Shown here: piece by piece, positions 52,584-61,728 of the stretch
Layout of the letters: each line of letters begins with the position of its first letter
How positions within the stretch are numbered: the first letter of the stretch is position 1
Source: Candidatus Cloacimonadota bacterium
Lineage (GTDB): Bacteria > Cloacimonadota > Cloacimonadia > G963667145
Direction of reading: 5' to 3'
NCBI GenBank assembly: GCA_963667255.1
Contig: OY762940.1
Location: forward strand, 288,001 to 352,000
DNA: 64,000 nt
Made by a program: the position numbers and the translations under genes
Notes under the pieces: generated by a model
Seen by the model: only the letters and a program-made list of their open reading frames with translations
Databases searched by the model: none
What the model was told of the DNA's origin: nothing

Positions 52584-53226
52584 AAATCTAACCGAGGACA
52601 TTCTTAATCTGCTTTTCCCCAAGGTTTGTTATTCCTGCTATGAGTCTCTTCCAAATCAAAAAGAAGCCGTTTACATCTGTCCGAACTGCCTACAACAGAT
52701 AGAACTGATTGAGAAACAAGACGATAGCATTTTTTCGCTATACAAGTTCAACCCAACTCTCCGAAAACTAATTCATCAAATAAAATACAAAGACAAGAAA
52801 AGATTAGCTAAACAGCTTTGTTTTTTGCAAAAAGAGAACATAAAAAAGATGCTGACTCCTCTGAACATCAAGAGCATCATTCCCGTTCCGCTCTACTCCA
52901 CGAGATTTAGAGAAAGAGGCTACAACCAGTCCGTGCAGATAGGGGAGTCCATAAGCACCATCCTGAACATCCCTCTTTTCCCCTCTGCCTGCAAAAGAAC
53001 CCGCTACACTCGTTCACAAGCCAAACTATCCAAAAGTGAAAGAGAGAGCAACCTCGTTAATGCGTTTCGGGCAAAGTCGATAAAATCTCTGCAAGACGGA
53101 AACATCCTGCTAATAGACGATGTGCTCACCACAGGCTCCACTCTCAAGCAAGTTTCCCTCGCAGTGCAAAAAATAACCACAGGCAATATCTACGCCTTTA
53201 CCTTAGCCTCGGCAAAAGAAAAATGA
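52555..53226 (+). CDS. comF: ComF family phosphoribosyltransferase-like protein
   Basis: Zn ribbon CYSC..CPNC, PVPL, RGYNQS, IDDVLTTGST. Confidence 0.9.
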   Translation: MDKKIKKAIKNLTEDILNLLFPKVCYSCYESLPNQKEAVYICPNCLQQIELIEKQDDSIFSLYKFNPTLRKLIHQIKYKDKKRLAKQLCFLQKENIKKMLTPLNIKSIIPVPLYSTRFRERGYNQSVQIGESISTILNIPLFPSACKRTRYTRSQAKLSKSERESNLVNAFRAKSIKSLQDGNILLIDDVLTTGSTLKQVSLAVQKITTGNIYAFTLASAKEK

Positions 53227-53789
53227 ACTACTACACATTTCTAACCATCTTTTTGGCAAACCTGCTCATCCTCGGTGCTATACCGTCTTTGGTAAAATTT
53301 CTCCTCTTCTGCAAACTCCACTCCTTCTTGGGCATCAAACTATTCTTCACACCCGGGATCGTCATCCGCAAAGAAGAATGGCTGAACAACAAAATCAACA
53401 ATGCTATCATTGAGTATCAAAAATTTTGCCTTGACAAAGAAAGCCAGTCCATCATAAAAGCTGAAAAAAAACTTAACGATATTATTTACGAAAAAACAAA
53501 ATTCATCTTGTCTATTCACTTCTTACCGACTTTTGTTTGCAAATTTCTGCATAAATTTATCGGGAAAATGGTTTACCTGCTGACCACCCAATCGGTGAAA
53601 GAGATTACTCCGAGACTGGTAAGCAAATACGAAATCGAGTCACACCTATTGGAAATTAGAAATAAAATCAGCCCTGAATTTGTAGAAGAGATAAGCCAAA
53701 AATACTTGTTCAGATATCTGACCTATTTCTTCGTCGCTTTGGGACTTTTTACAGGAATAATAAATTTGTTAATTATATGGATATTATGA
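53223..53789 (+). CDS. Hypothetical membrane protein (N- and C-terminal TM, DUF445-like layout)
   Basis: Operonic ATGA overlaps at both ends; terminal hydrophobic helices. Confidence 0.6.
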   Translation: MNYYTFLTIFLANLLILGAIPSLVKFLLFCKLHSFLGIKLFFTPGIVIRKEEWLNNKINNAIIEYQKFCLDKESQSIIKAEKKLNDIIYEKTKFILSIHFLPTFVCKFLHKFIGKMVYLLTTQSVKEITPRLVSKYEIESHLLEIRNKISPEFVEEISQKYLFRYLTYFFVALGLFTGIINLLIIWIL

Positions 53790-55021
53790 AAAAAATCGTT
53801 TTTACTTTTTTGCTCACTCTTTGCTCTTGGGGGTTTGCAGTTGAGTTTAGTCAATTGGACTCCGCCTATCTCAGCGGAAATATCAACTACATCAGAGAAA
53901 ACTTGGACAACATCGCCATCTTGACACAGGAAGACAAGGAACGCCTTGAGTATTTCCGAGCCATCGTCCTCACTTCTCCCAAATTCATCAAAGAGTTGGA
54001 AAACATCTCCAAGCAACAAGACAACAAATATTCTCAAGCCTCTCTTTTGGAATTGGCTAAGGTTTACTATTTGGAGCAAAAATACCAAAAAGCGAAAGAG
54101 CTTTTGGGAAAAGTTACCGCCCAAAATCTGCAAGCGGAAAAATACTACTGGCTGGCATATTGCGAATACTCCCTCGGAGAATATATAAACAGCATCTATT
54201 ACGCTCAAAAATTCCTGACTACCACCACGGACAACGACAAAATCGAGAACATCTACATCCTGATTAGCAATTGCTATCTCAAGCAAAATCAATACAAACT
54301 TGCTTTGGAACTGCTGAAAACCGTAGATAATCTCAACCTTTTCTCCGCTCAAAAAGCTGCCGCTCTTTACAATATCGGTCTCTGCTATCAATTGCTTGGC
54401 GACACCGAAAAACAAAACGAAAGTTTTTTCACTCTGAAAAGGGACTTTCCCTACAGCAAATACACACAAATGTTGGGCGAAGTGCCTGAACACGCTGAAG
54501 CGATTGCCAACACAAATCAAAACGCTGAGCCCTCTTCCGGCAATTATTATCTGCAAGTGGGAGCTTTCCAAAACAACGAAAACGCTTTGGAACTCGCGGA
54601 GTTTCTAAAACAAAACAACTTTGCCTCCACCATAAAAAAAGATTTGAAAAACAACACCTTGCTCTACAAAGTAATGGTTGGACCTTTGGCATCGCAAGAC
54701 GAGATTAACCAAAACAAAAGCAAGCTCTTGAGCCACAACTATCCGAGCTTTACCGTGCAACCGGAAAAAGAGGAAGAAAGCGCACTCAGCCAAAAAAGTT
54801 ACTATCTGCAATGTGGCGTTTTCAAAGACCCTTCAAAATTGCGGGGAAGAATAGAAACTCTCGCCAAACTGGGAGTAGAGGCAAAGGCGTATCGCAGAAC
54901 CATAAACAAAGAGGTTTACAACTACGGCGTTATCGGACCTTTCCCCGACAAAGAAAAGGCTCTGATACAGCAACAAGAACTGGTAAAGCAAAATATCAAC
55001 ACCAACCTTTTCGTAAAATAG
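53786..55021 (+). CDS. TPR + double SPOR domain protein
   Basis: Signal peptide, TPR helices, YYLQVGAF and YYLQCGVF. Confidence 0.85.
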   Translation: MKKIVFTFLLTLCSWGFAVEFSQLDSAYLSGNINYIRENLDNIAILTQEDKERLEYFRAIVLTSPKFIKELENISKQQDNKYSQASLLELAKVYYLEQKYQKAKELLGKVTAQNLQAEKYYWLAYCEYSLGEYINSIYYAQKFLTTTTDNDKIENIYILISNCYLKQNQYKLALELLKTVDNLNLFSAQKAAALYNIGLCYQLLGDTEKQNESFFTLKRDFPYSKYTQMLGEVPEHAEAIANTNQNAEPSSGNYYLQVGAFQNNENALELAEFLKQNNFASTIKKDLKNNTLLYKVMVGPLASQDEINQNKSKLLSHNYPSFTVQPEKEEESALSQKSYYLQCGVFKDPSKLRGRIETLAKLGVEAKAYRRTINKEVYNYGVIGPFPDKEKALIQQQELVKQNINTNLFVK

Positions 55022-55028
55022 CCTCTGC

Positions 55029-57632
55029 ATGGACTCCCAAAAAACCACTCCGATGCTGAAGCAATTTTTGAAGTTCAAAAACCAGCATCCCGATAAAATC
55101 GTTCTCTTTAGAATGGGAGATTTTTACGAGACATTCTTCGAAGATGCAAGGCTCTGCTCCAAAATCCTCAACATTACACTTACCTCGAGAGACAAAAACA
55201 AAGAAAACTCCGTGCCATTGGCAGGATTTCCCTATCACTCTCTGCCCAGCTATCTGCCAAGACTAATCGCCGCTAATCAAAAAATTGTTATTTGTGAACA
55301 AGTGGAAGACCCGAAAAATGCCAAAGGCTTGGTCAAAAGAGAAATCGTAGATATCATCACTCCGGGCAGCATTGTCGATACTGAATACATCCACTCGACT
55401 GCGGACAACTACCTGACATCACTCGTCAAAGAAGGCTCGGAATACGGCGTCGCCAGTGTCGATATCTCCACCGGAAATTTCATCTTCACACAAATCAACA
55501 ACGACCAATTGAGTGCCGAACTAGAGCGACTCTCGCCAAAAGAGTTGCTTGTCATGGAAGAGAACGAAAACGAAATAAAGAACTCGTTCGACCCCAAAGT
55601 TACCCTCAGCCGTTACGAAGACGAAGAGATTGACCTGCCACACGCTGAAAACATCTTGAAAAGCCACTTCTCTCTGCTCTCACTCTCGGGAGTCGGAAGT
55701 TTTGAACATCCCTTGGCAACAAAAGCCGCCGCAATGGCTATCTCTCACTTGAAAAATCTGAAGAAAAACGATTTGAAACATATAAACAAAATCGAATTTT
55801 ATACCCTCGGCTCCAGAGTGCAACTGGACAAATCCACCGTAGCAAATCTGGAACTAACCAAATCTTTGATAGAAGGGACAACGCACGGAACACTTTTGCA
55901 AGTCCTCGACCAAACCTGCACACCCATGGGAAGTCGCCTTTTGAAAAAATGGATACTGCGACCCCTTTTGGAACAAGAAAGTATCGAAAAAAGATTGGAA
56001 ATCGTAGAGGAATTAATCGAGAAAATCGAGCGGACTGCTTACTTGCGGACATCACTCGACCAAGTCGGAGACATCGCCAGATTGGCAAGCAAGCTCTCCA
56101 CAGGCTCTATCAACCCCAGAGAAATCTTGGCAATCGCCGAATACCTGAAAATCAGCAAGCACATCAAGAACACATTGAACTTCTTCGGCTCTTCCTCATT
56201 GCTCCAAATCAAAGACAACATCAAAGATTACCAAGAAATCACCGAAAAAATCGAAGTCACTATTTGCGAAAATCCCCAAAAACTCATCACTCAAGGCGGA
56301 ATAATAAAAAGCGAAGTAAACGACGAATTGAGCGAACTTCACGAAATCAGCCGTCAGGGAAAATCGTGGATAATCAATTTGGAAAAGGAAGAGAAAGAGA
56401 AATCGGGAATTTCCACCCTCAAAATCAACTACAACAAGGTGTTCGGCTACTACATAGAGATTAGCAAACGGCAAGCGGACACCGTGCCGGAAAACTACAT
56501 CAGAAAACAAACTCTGGTAAATTGCGAGAGGTTCATCTCGCCCGAACTCAAAGAATACGAAAGCAAAGTGCTGGGAGCGGAAGAGAGAATAAAAGAGTTG
56601 GAATACGAACTCTTCTGCCAACTGCGAGACTATCTGCAAGAGAGAATCGATAGCATTTTGGAGTTCGCTGAGACCATTGCTCTGCTTGATGTTTACGCCA
56701 ATTTCGCTCAAATCAGTTTCTTGCGTGGCTACTGCAAACCGACCTTCAACGACAAAAATATTCTGACGCTCAAAGACTCGTTTCATCCCGTCATCAAGGA
56801 GTTGCTGAAAGAGCAGAAGTTCGTCCCCAACGACATCTACCTCGACAACGAGCAAAGCAACATCATCCTCATCACAGGTCCGAATATGGCGGGGAAATCT
56901 ACATATCTCAGGCAAATAGCCATCACTGCTCTCATGGCACAAATCGGCTGTTTCGTTCCGGCAAAAGAGGCTTCCATGCCGATTTTCGACAAAATTTTCA
57001 CTCGGGTCGGAGCATCGGACAACTTGGCAAAGGGACAAAGCACCTTCTTGGTGGAGATGCTGGAGACAGCCTCCATCCTCAACTTTGCCACCAAAAACTC
57101 CTTGGTAATCTTGGACGAAATCGGACGAGGAACCAGCACCTACGATGGTCTGTCTCTCGCTTGGGCGATTATCGAGTACTTGCACACCAGCCACATGAAA
57201 GGCGTAAAGACCTTGTTCGCAACGCATTACCACGAATTGACATACTTACCAAAAATTTTACCGAGAGTGAAAAACTACAATGTTCTCGTGGAAAAAGATG
57301 AGAACAAAATTCTCTTTTTGCACAAAGTCGTGCCCGGACACGCATCGCAAAGCTACGGAATAGATGTCGCCCGTCTGGCAGGCATCCCGATGGCTGTGAT
57401 AGACCGAGCCAAAGAAATCTTGGTAGAGCTGGAAGAGCCCAACCACAACGAAAAGAAAGAGAAAGCTCTTTCCCAATTGCAAGCCTTCCCTCAACCGCAA
57501 AAAACAAAAATCCCTAAAAATCTGCTGACCTTGCAAAAAGAGGTCGAGAAAATCTCTCCCGACAATCTCACTCCGCTTGAGGCGTTACAGAAATTGGCGG
57601 AACTCAAAAAAATCTTGTCTCAAGACTTCTGA
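55029..57632 (+). CDS. mutS: DNA mismatch repair protein MutS
   Basis: TPMLKQF, GDFYE, TGPNMAGKST, STFLVEM, DEIGRGTST, FATHYHEL. Confidence 0.98.
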   Translation: MDSQKTTPMLKQFLKFKNQHPDKIVLFRMGDFYETFFEDARLCSKILNITLTSRDKNKENSVPLAGFPYHSLPSYLPRLIAANQKIVICEQVEDPKNAKGLVKREIVDIITPGSIVDTEYIHSTADNYLTSLVKEGSEYGVASVDISTGNFIFTQINNDQLSAELERLSPKELLVMEENENEIKNSFDPKVTLSRYEDEEIDLPHAENILKSHFSLLSLSGVGSFEHPLATKAAAMAISHLKNLKKNDLKHINKIEFYTLGSRVQLDKSTVANLELTKSLIEGTTHGTLLQVLDQTCTPMGSRLLKKWILRPLLEQESIEKRLEIVEELIEKIERTAYLRTSLDQVGDIARLASKLSTGSINPREILAIAEYLKISKHIKNTLNFFGSSSLLQIKDNIKDYQEITEKIEVTICENPQKLITQGGIIKSEVNDELSELHEISRQGKSWIINLEKEEKEKSGISTLKINYNKVFGYYIEISKRQADTVPENYIRKQTLVNCERFISPELKEYESKVLGAEERIKELEYELFCQLRDYLQERIDSILEFAETIALLDVYANFAQISFLRGYCKPTFNDKNILTLKDSFHPVIKELLKEQKFVPNDIYLDNEQSNIILITGPNMAGKSTYLRQIAITALMAQIGCFVPAKEASMPIFDKIFTRVGASDNLAKGQSTFLVEMLETASILNFATKNSLVILDEIGRGTSTYDGLSLAWAIIEYLHTSHMKGVKTLFATHYHELTYLPKILPRVKNYNVLVEKDENKILFLHKVVPGHASQSYGIDVARLAGIPMAVIDRAKEILVELEEPNHNEKKEKALSQLQAFPQPQKTKIPKNLLTLQKEVEKISPDNLTPLEALQKLAELKKILSQDF

Positions 57633-58318
57633 TGGCGATATTTGCAGACAGTTCGTCTGCTGATTTTTATCCCCTCGCCCTGTAAAACTTCCGCAATCTC
57701 CCTGTCGTTCTTCCCGCTTTCAGCGAGATTTTTTACCCTATAAACCAACTTTTTCAAGCTGACTTTTCCTTGACCTTTGACCAACAAATCCCGCAAATCT
57801 CGGAACTCTTCCCTAAATTTGACCCGCTTGTTTTTCACCAAAGAGTAAAAAACATTTTTGGAAATCTCCAACTCCTCACACACCTTGTCCGAAGAGATTG
57901 GCAAAAACACCAACCCCTGTTGCAAAGCAATCTCTTGGAATTTGCAAAGATAAAATCCGACCTTGTGCAAAAGCTTTTCTCGGGAATTTAGAATATTCAA
58001 AAGCAATTTGACCCGCTTCCTTCTCTCCAAAAAAAACGGCTCCGTGCAAGCGGCATACTCGGGATTTAGCACCAACTCCGGCAAGTAAACACCATTGACC
58101 AGACACTCTCTGCCATCCCAAATCAAATCCACCTGCTCCTGCGAATAGTCGTAATTTTCGACCTTGCTCATATCCAGCAGAGGATTGTCCCAAATCTCGT
58201 GCTTCACAAACAAGCTAAGCTCCCGCAAATCCATCTTATACAACTCCAAGAAAAGCGGAGATTGCCCCACTTTTCTCCCCACAACGATGTCTTCAAAATT
58301 GATTAGCGAATTGCTCAT
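57620..58318 (-). CDS. Truncated sigma-54 (RpoN)-like protein
   Basis: Region-I-like EL...EIWDNPLL and RpoN-box-like DREIAEVL..EGIKISRRTVCKYR, but only 232 aa. Confidence 0.75.
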   Translation of the reverse strand: MSNSLINFEDIVVGRKVGQSPLFLELYKMDLRELSLFVKHEIWDNPLLDMSKVENYDYSQEQVDLIWDGRECLVNGVYLPELVLNPEYAACTEPFFLERRKRVKLLLNILNSREKLLHKVGFYLCKFQEIALQQGLVFLPISSDKVCEELEISKNVFYSLVKNKRVKFREEFRDLRDLLVKGQGKVSLKKLVYRVKNLAESGKNDREIAEVLQGEGIKISRRTVCKYRHQKS

Positions 58319-58330
58319 AACGGGCTTCTC

Positions 58331-58936
58331 TTACTGAACTCGGAGTTTGGCAGCCTCAAAAAGCTCTTGCGTGTTGAGATTTTCCGTGATGCCCACATCC
58401 AAAACATCCACATACACAGCGTCCTTGTAATACGGCATCAGCACATCGCGAAAAGTCGGACTGACACTGTCATCCAGAACTTTTTGCACGAAATCAGCTG
58501 AAAACAAAATCGGATGACCCTTCTTCGGACGACCATCTTTGCGACCCACGGGAATGACAAACGGAGCGTTCCCCACGAAAGCATCCATTATCGTCCGATA
58601 GCTCGACGGCAAAACAAACGGCTGGTCAATCAGATTCAGCATCACCGGACTCCCTGCATCCACACTCTCAAACCCCTTCTTGATAGACGACAGCATACCC
58701 CCTTCGAGATGATTCGGATTTAGCACAGGATAAGCAAATCTTTCGTATCTATCGCCCAGATAATCGGATACCGCTTGGAAATTGTCGCCCAAGACAACAA
58801 CGACCTTTTCCGAAAAAACCTGCAATTTCTTCAAAACCATATCGATGGTTTTCGCCTTACCGACCGTCAAAAGAGCTTTGTCCTCGCCCATTCTGGACGA
58901 TTGCCCTGCACAGAGCAATATGGAAGTAATTTTCAT
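58331..58936 (-). CDS. MobA/MocA-like nucleotidyltransferase
   Basis: LCAGQSSRMGEDKALL, GMLSSI, DQP, GHPILF. Confidence 0.88.
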   Translation of the reverse strand: MKITSILLCAGQSSRMGEDKALLTVGKAKTIDMVLKKLQVFSEKVVVVLGDNFQAVSDYLGDRYERFAYPVLNPNHLEGGMLSSIKKGFESVDAGSPVMLNLIDQPFVLPSSYRTIMDAFVGNAPFVIPVGRKDGRPKKGHPILFSADFVQKVLDDSVSPTFRDVLMPYYKDAVYVDVLDVGITENLNTQELFEAAKLRVQ

Positions 58937-59127
58937 ACTCAAATCCTTATTTGTAATTCTCTCGCCAAAGTTGAGTTAGCGGTGCACAAAGTCAAGTGGT
59001 AGTTATCGTTATGTGCTTTCCCAGAGGGTCTTCATATCTGACCTCATAAATGAAGCCTCAAATGATTAACCGTATTTATGTGGTCAGGCTACGACAAAAA
59101 AAGAACAGATAAGCACGAAAATAAGAA

Positions 59128-59220
59128 TGGGTCCCCGTTTTCACGAGGACGAAGAATAGAGAGCAAGAAGACAAAGAAGAACAAGAAGCCCACCTCATTC
59201 CCGCGTAGGCGGGAATCCAG
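59128..59220. repeat. Inverted pair of REP-like palindromes
   Basis: TCATTCCCGCGTAGGCGGGAATCCA (59195-59219) and the reverse complement of 59128-59152 (TCGTCCTCGTGAAAACGGGGACCCA), 16/25 identical, both hairpins. Confidence 0.7.
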
Positions 59221-59366
59221 CCGGAGACTAACAAGGACAACAGCAGTCATTACGAGTCACCAATGCAGTTGCTACTTTGCAAATTCCAAAAATCCTTTGA
59301 CTAAAAAATTTCAAATCCTATTTGGGTTTAAAATTGGAAGGAAGAAGAAAATAAGAGAAAGGAATT

Positions 59367-59440
59367 AAATGCAATTGTAGTTGACCTGCCAATTTCGGAT
59401 GACTAAATATCATTGAAATTATGCTGATATTGTTTGCAAT
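59367..59440 (+). repeat. Conserved leader element (attI-like), copy C
   Basis: 51/74 identity with one gap to 18080-18153, including AAATGCAA, CTGCCAATTT and TTATGC. Confidence 0.65.
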
Positions 59441-59495
59441 AGTGGGGTATTTTTTAAAAACCTCCCATCCGTGGCGATTATTAAAGGCGAATAAA

Positions 59496-60302
59496 ATGGA
59501 ACCAATTTTTATAAATTATGTAAGAGAAAACGCAGATATCATCGAAAAAATCTGTGCTTCCTTAAAAAGAGAAAATATACCTTACTGGATAGATAGAGAA
59601 AAAATTAATCCTGGAAAATTGTGGAAAACATCAATAAGAGAAGCAATTAAAAAAGGCTCATTATTTATAGCTTGTTTTTCAAATGAATCTGTAAACAAAT
59701 CCGAATCAGTAATGAATGAAGAATTAACTATAGCTACTGATGTTTTAAGAAAAAAACAATTTGATTCTGGATGGCTTATACCTATTAAATTAAATAAATG
59801 TACAATACCAGATATTGAAATTGGAGGAGGGCGACATTTCTCAGATATTCAATATATTGAACTTTACCCTGATTTCAGTACAGGTGTAGAGAGGCTTATT
59901 GATTATATAAAAAACAAATTTGATCTTAATGATAAAAAAGAAGATGAATATTATAAACGGATGGAAGATATTTACAATCAATACAAAGCTTATAAAGCAT
60001 TAATTGATAACTGTGATGGCGAATATTTTCATAATGGTGACTTAGGACATCCTGTATATATGGCAGGAGCTTATGGGAAACCCGATGGATATTGGAAATA
60101 TGCAGATTCGAAAGATAATAATTACCTTTTTAAGAAATTGTCCTCTCTAACACAGGAACTAAAGAAAAATGGTATTGAAAAACAAAGATATATTTGGTGG
60201 TATGACTTCTCTGATTGGCAATCATTTTGCCTATATGTAATTAAAACATATAGACAAAAAATGGGATATAAAGATATTGATTTGACGGCAAATCATAGTT
60301 AA
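59496..60302 (+). CDS. TIR-domain protein with unknown C-terminal domain
   Basis: IFINYVRE, WIDRE.I.PG..W...I..AI, FIACFS..S, EEL, LIPI; AT-rich. Confidence 0.85.
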   Translation: MEPIFINYVRENADIIEKICASLKRENIPYWIDREKINPGKLWKTSIREAIKKGSLFIACFSNESVNKSESVMNEELTIATDVLRKKQFDSGWLIPIKLNKCTIPDIEIGGGRHFSDIQYIELYPDFSTGVERLIDYIKNKFDLNDKKEDEYYKRMEDIYNQYKAYKALIDNCDGEYFHNGDLGHPVYMAGAYGKPDGYWKYADSKDNNYLFKKLSSLTQELKKNGIEKQRYIWWYDFSDWQSFCLYVIKTYRQKMGYKDIDLTANHS

Positions 60303-60323
60303 GAGGGCATTCTGCTTCATTCA

Positions 60324-60356
60324 AAACCAGTTTGTCGTCCTAAACAAAACTGGTTT
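60324..60356. other. Hairpin after the TIR gene (possible terminator)
   Basis: AAACCAGTTTGT...ACAAAACTGGTTT imperfect stem. Confidence 0.4.
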
Positions 60357-60404
60357 AAAAAACACATCCACTACAGTCAAACAACCTCTACCTCTGAGGA
60401 GAAA

Positions 60405-60848
60405 ATGAAAAAAAATCTAACCATAAAAAACAGCACGGCTGAATTTCTTATTTTTACCAAGCAAAACGGTAAAGGGACAATAGATGTTCGTGTCGAAGAT
60501 GAAAATATTTGGCTCACGCAGAAGCTAATTGCCAAACTTTTCGGAGTGGAAATCCCAACCATCAATGAGCATTTGAAAAATATTTTTAAAAGTGGAGAAC
60601 TACAAGATAATTCAGTTATTAGGAATTCCCTAATAACTGCCGATGACGGGAAAAATTACCAAACAAAACATTACAATCTGGAAGCGATTATTGCTGTCGG
60701 CTTTCGGGTTAATTCGCAAGAAACAACCAATTTTCGCAGATGGGCAAATGCCGTGCTCAAAGATTTTACCCTCAAAGGATATGTGCTGGACGATGTGAGA
60801 CTAAAAAACGGAGCTTACCTCAGCAAAGAATATTTTAGAATAATATAA
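60405..60848 (+). pseudogene. RhuM-family protein, 3'-truncated
   Basis: IWLTQK.IA.LF, TINEHLKNIF..GEL, YNLEAIIAVGFRVNS, FRRWA; ends at KEYF, where full-length members continue for about half the protein. Confidence 0.8.
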
Positions 60849-60850
60849 CC

Positions 60851-61726
60851 ATGCTCCATACTATTGAAAACAAAGACCTTATCTGCACCATCGAATCTAA
60901 AGGTGCAGAAATCCGCTCTCTGAAAAACAAAGCGACCAGCGAAGAATATATCTGGCAGATAGATAACAAGATTTGGGGAAGCAGTTCGCCAGTGCTATTT
61001 CCCTACATCGGCAATGTCAAAGAGGGCAAAATCATTTTTAATGGGAAAGAGTATCCCGCTCCCAAGCATGGAATTATTAGGAATAATGAGCACTTGATTT
61101 TTCAACAAAACGGAGCTTCTGCCTGCTCTTTTTGTCTTACAAGTTCGATGGAAACTCTGAAACATTATCCTTTCAAATTTTTGTTCACGGTCGAATATGC
61201 CCTCATCGAAAAGCGACTAATTATGACATATCGAATTAAAAACAGAGACTCCATTCCGATGAATTTTCTTTGTGGAGGGCACACAGCATACTCTTGTCCT
61301 CTAGGCGATGAGACGAACTTGTCCGACTATCTTATTGAATTTCCCCATAAAATAAACCTCAAATCTTTGACTCTCGGGACTTCGGGCTTGCTTAGCAAAC
61401 ATAAAAGGGAAATTAAAAGTTGTGGCAATTTTCTTCCGCTTTCGGATACCATATTTGACGAAGATGCACTGATATTCCCAAACATCGAATGTGATTGGGT
61501 GAGATTGCGAAAAAAAGATGCCGAAAAAGGTATCATCGTCCGCTTTCCAAGCTATCCGCATCTTGCCTTGTGGTCAAAGCCATCAGCCGACTATGTCTGC
61601 ATAGAACCTTGGCTCGGACTCCCTGATAGCGAAGATGAGGCGATTGATTTGAGCCAAAAGCCTGAATACAAAACCATTGAACCCAACACGGAATTTGCAA
61701 TCGCCATTGAGACGGAAATAGAGTAG
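60851..61726 (+). CDS. Aldose 1-epimerase family protein (LacX-like)
   Basis: GAEIRSL, PVLFP, KHG, YPF.F, GGH, VCIEPW. Confidence 0.9.
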   Translation: MLHTIENKDLICTIESKGAEIRSLKNKATSEEYIWQIDNKIWGSSSPVLFPYIGNVKEGKIIFNGKEYPAPKHGIIRNNEHLIFQQNGASACSFCLTSSMETLKHYPFKFLFTVEYALIEKRLIMTYRIKNRDSIPMNFLCGGHTAYSCPLGDETNLSDYLIEFPHKINLKSLTLGTSGLLSKHKREIKSCGNFLPLSDTIFDEDALIFPNIECDWVRLRKKDAEKGIIVRFPSYPHLALWSKPSADYVCIEPWLGLPDSEDEAIDLSQKPEYKTIEPNTEFAIAIETEIE

Positions 61727-61728
61727 CT

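Noticed and set aside
59078..59368. 96-aa basic ORF
   Set aside because: It runs across REP-like hairpins and purine-rich intergenic DNA; probably spurious.
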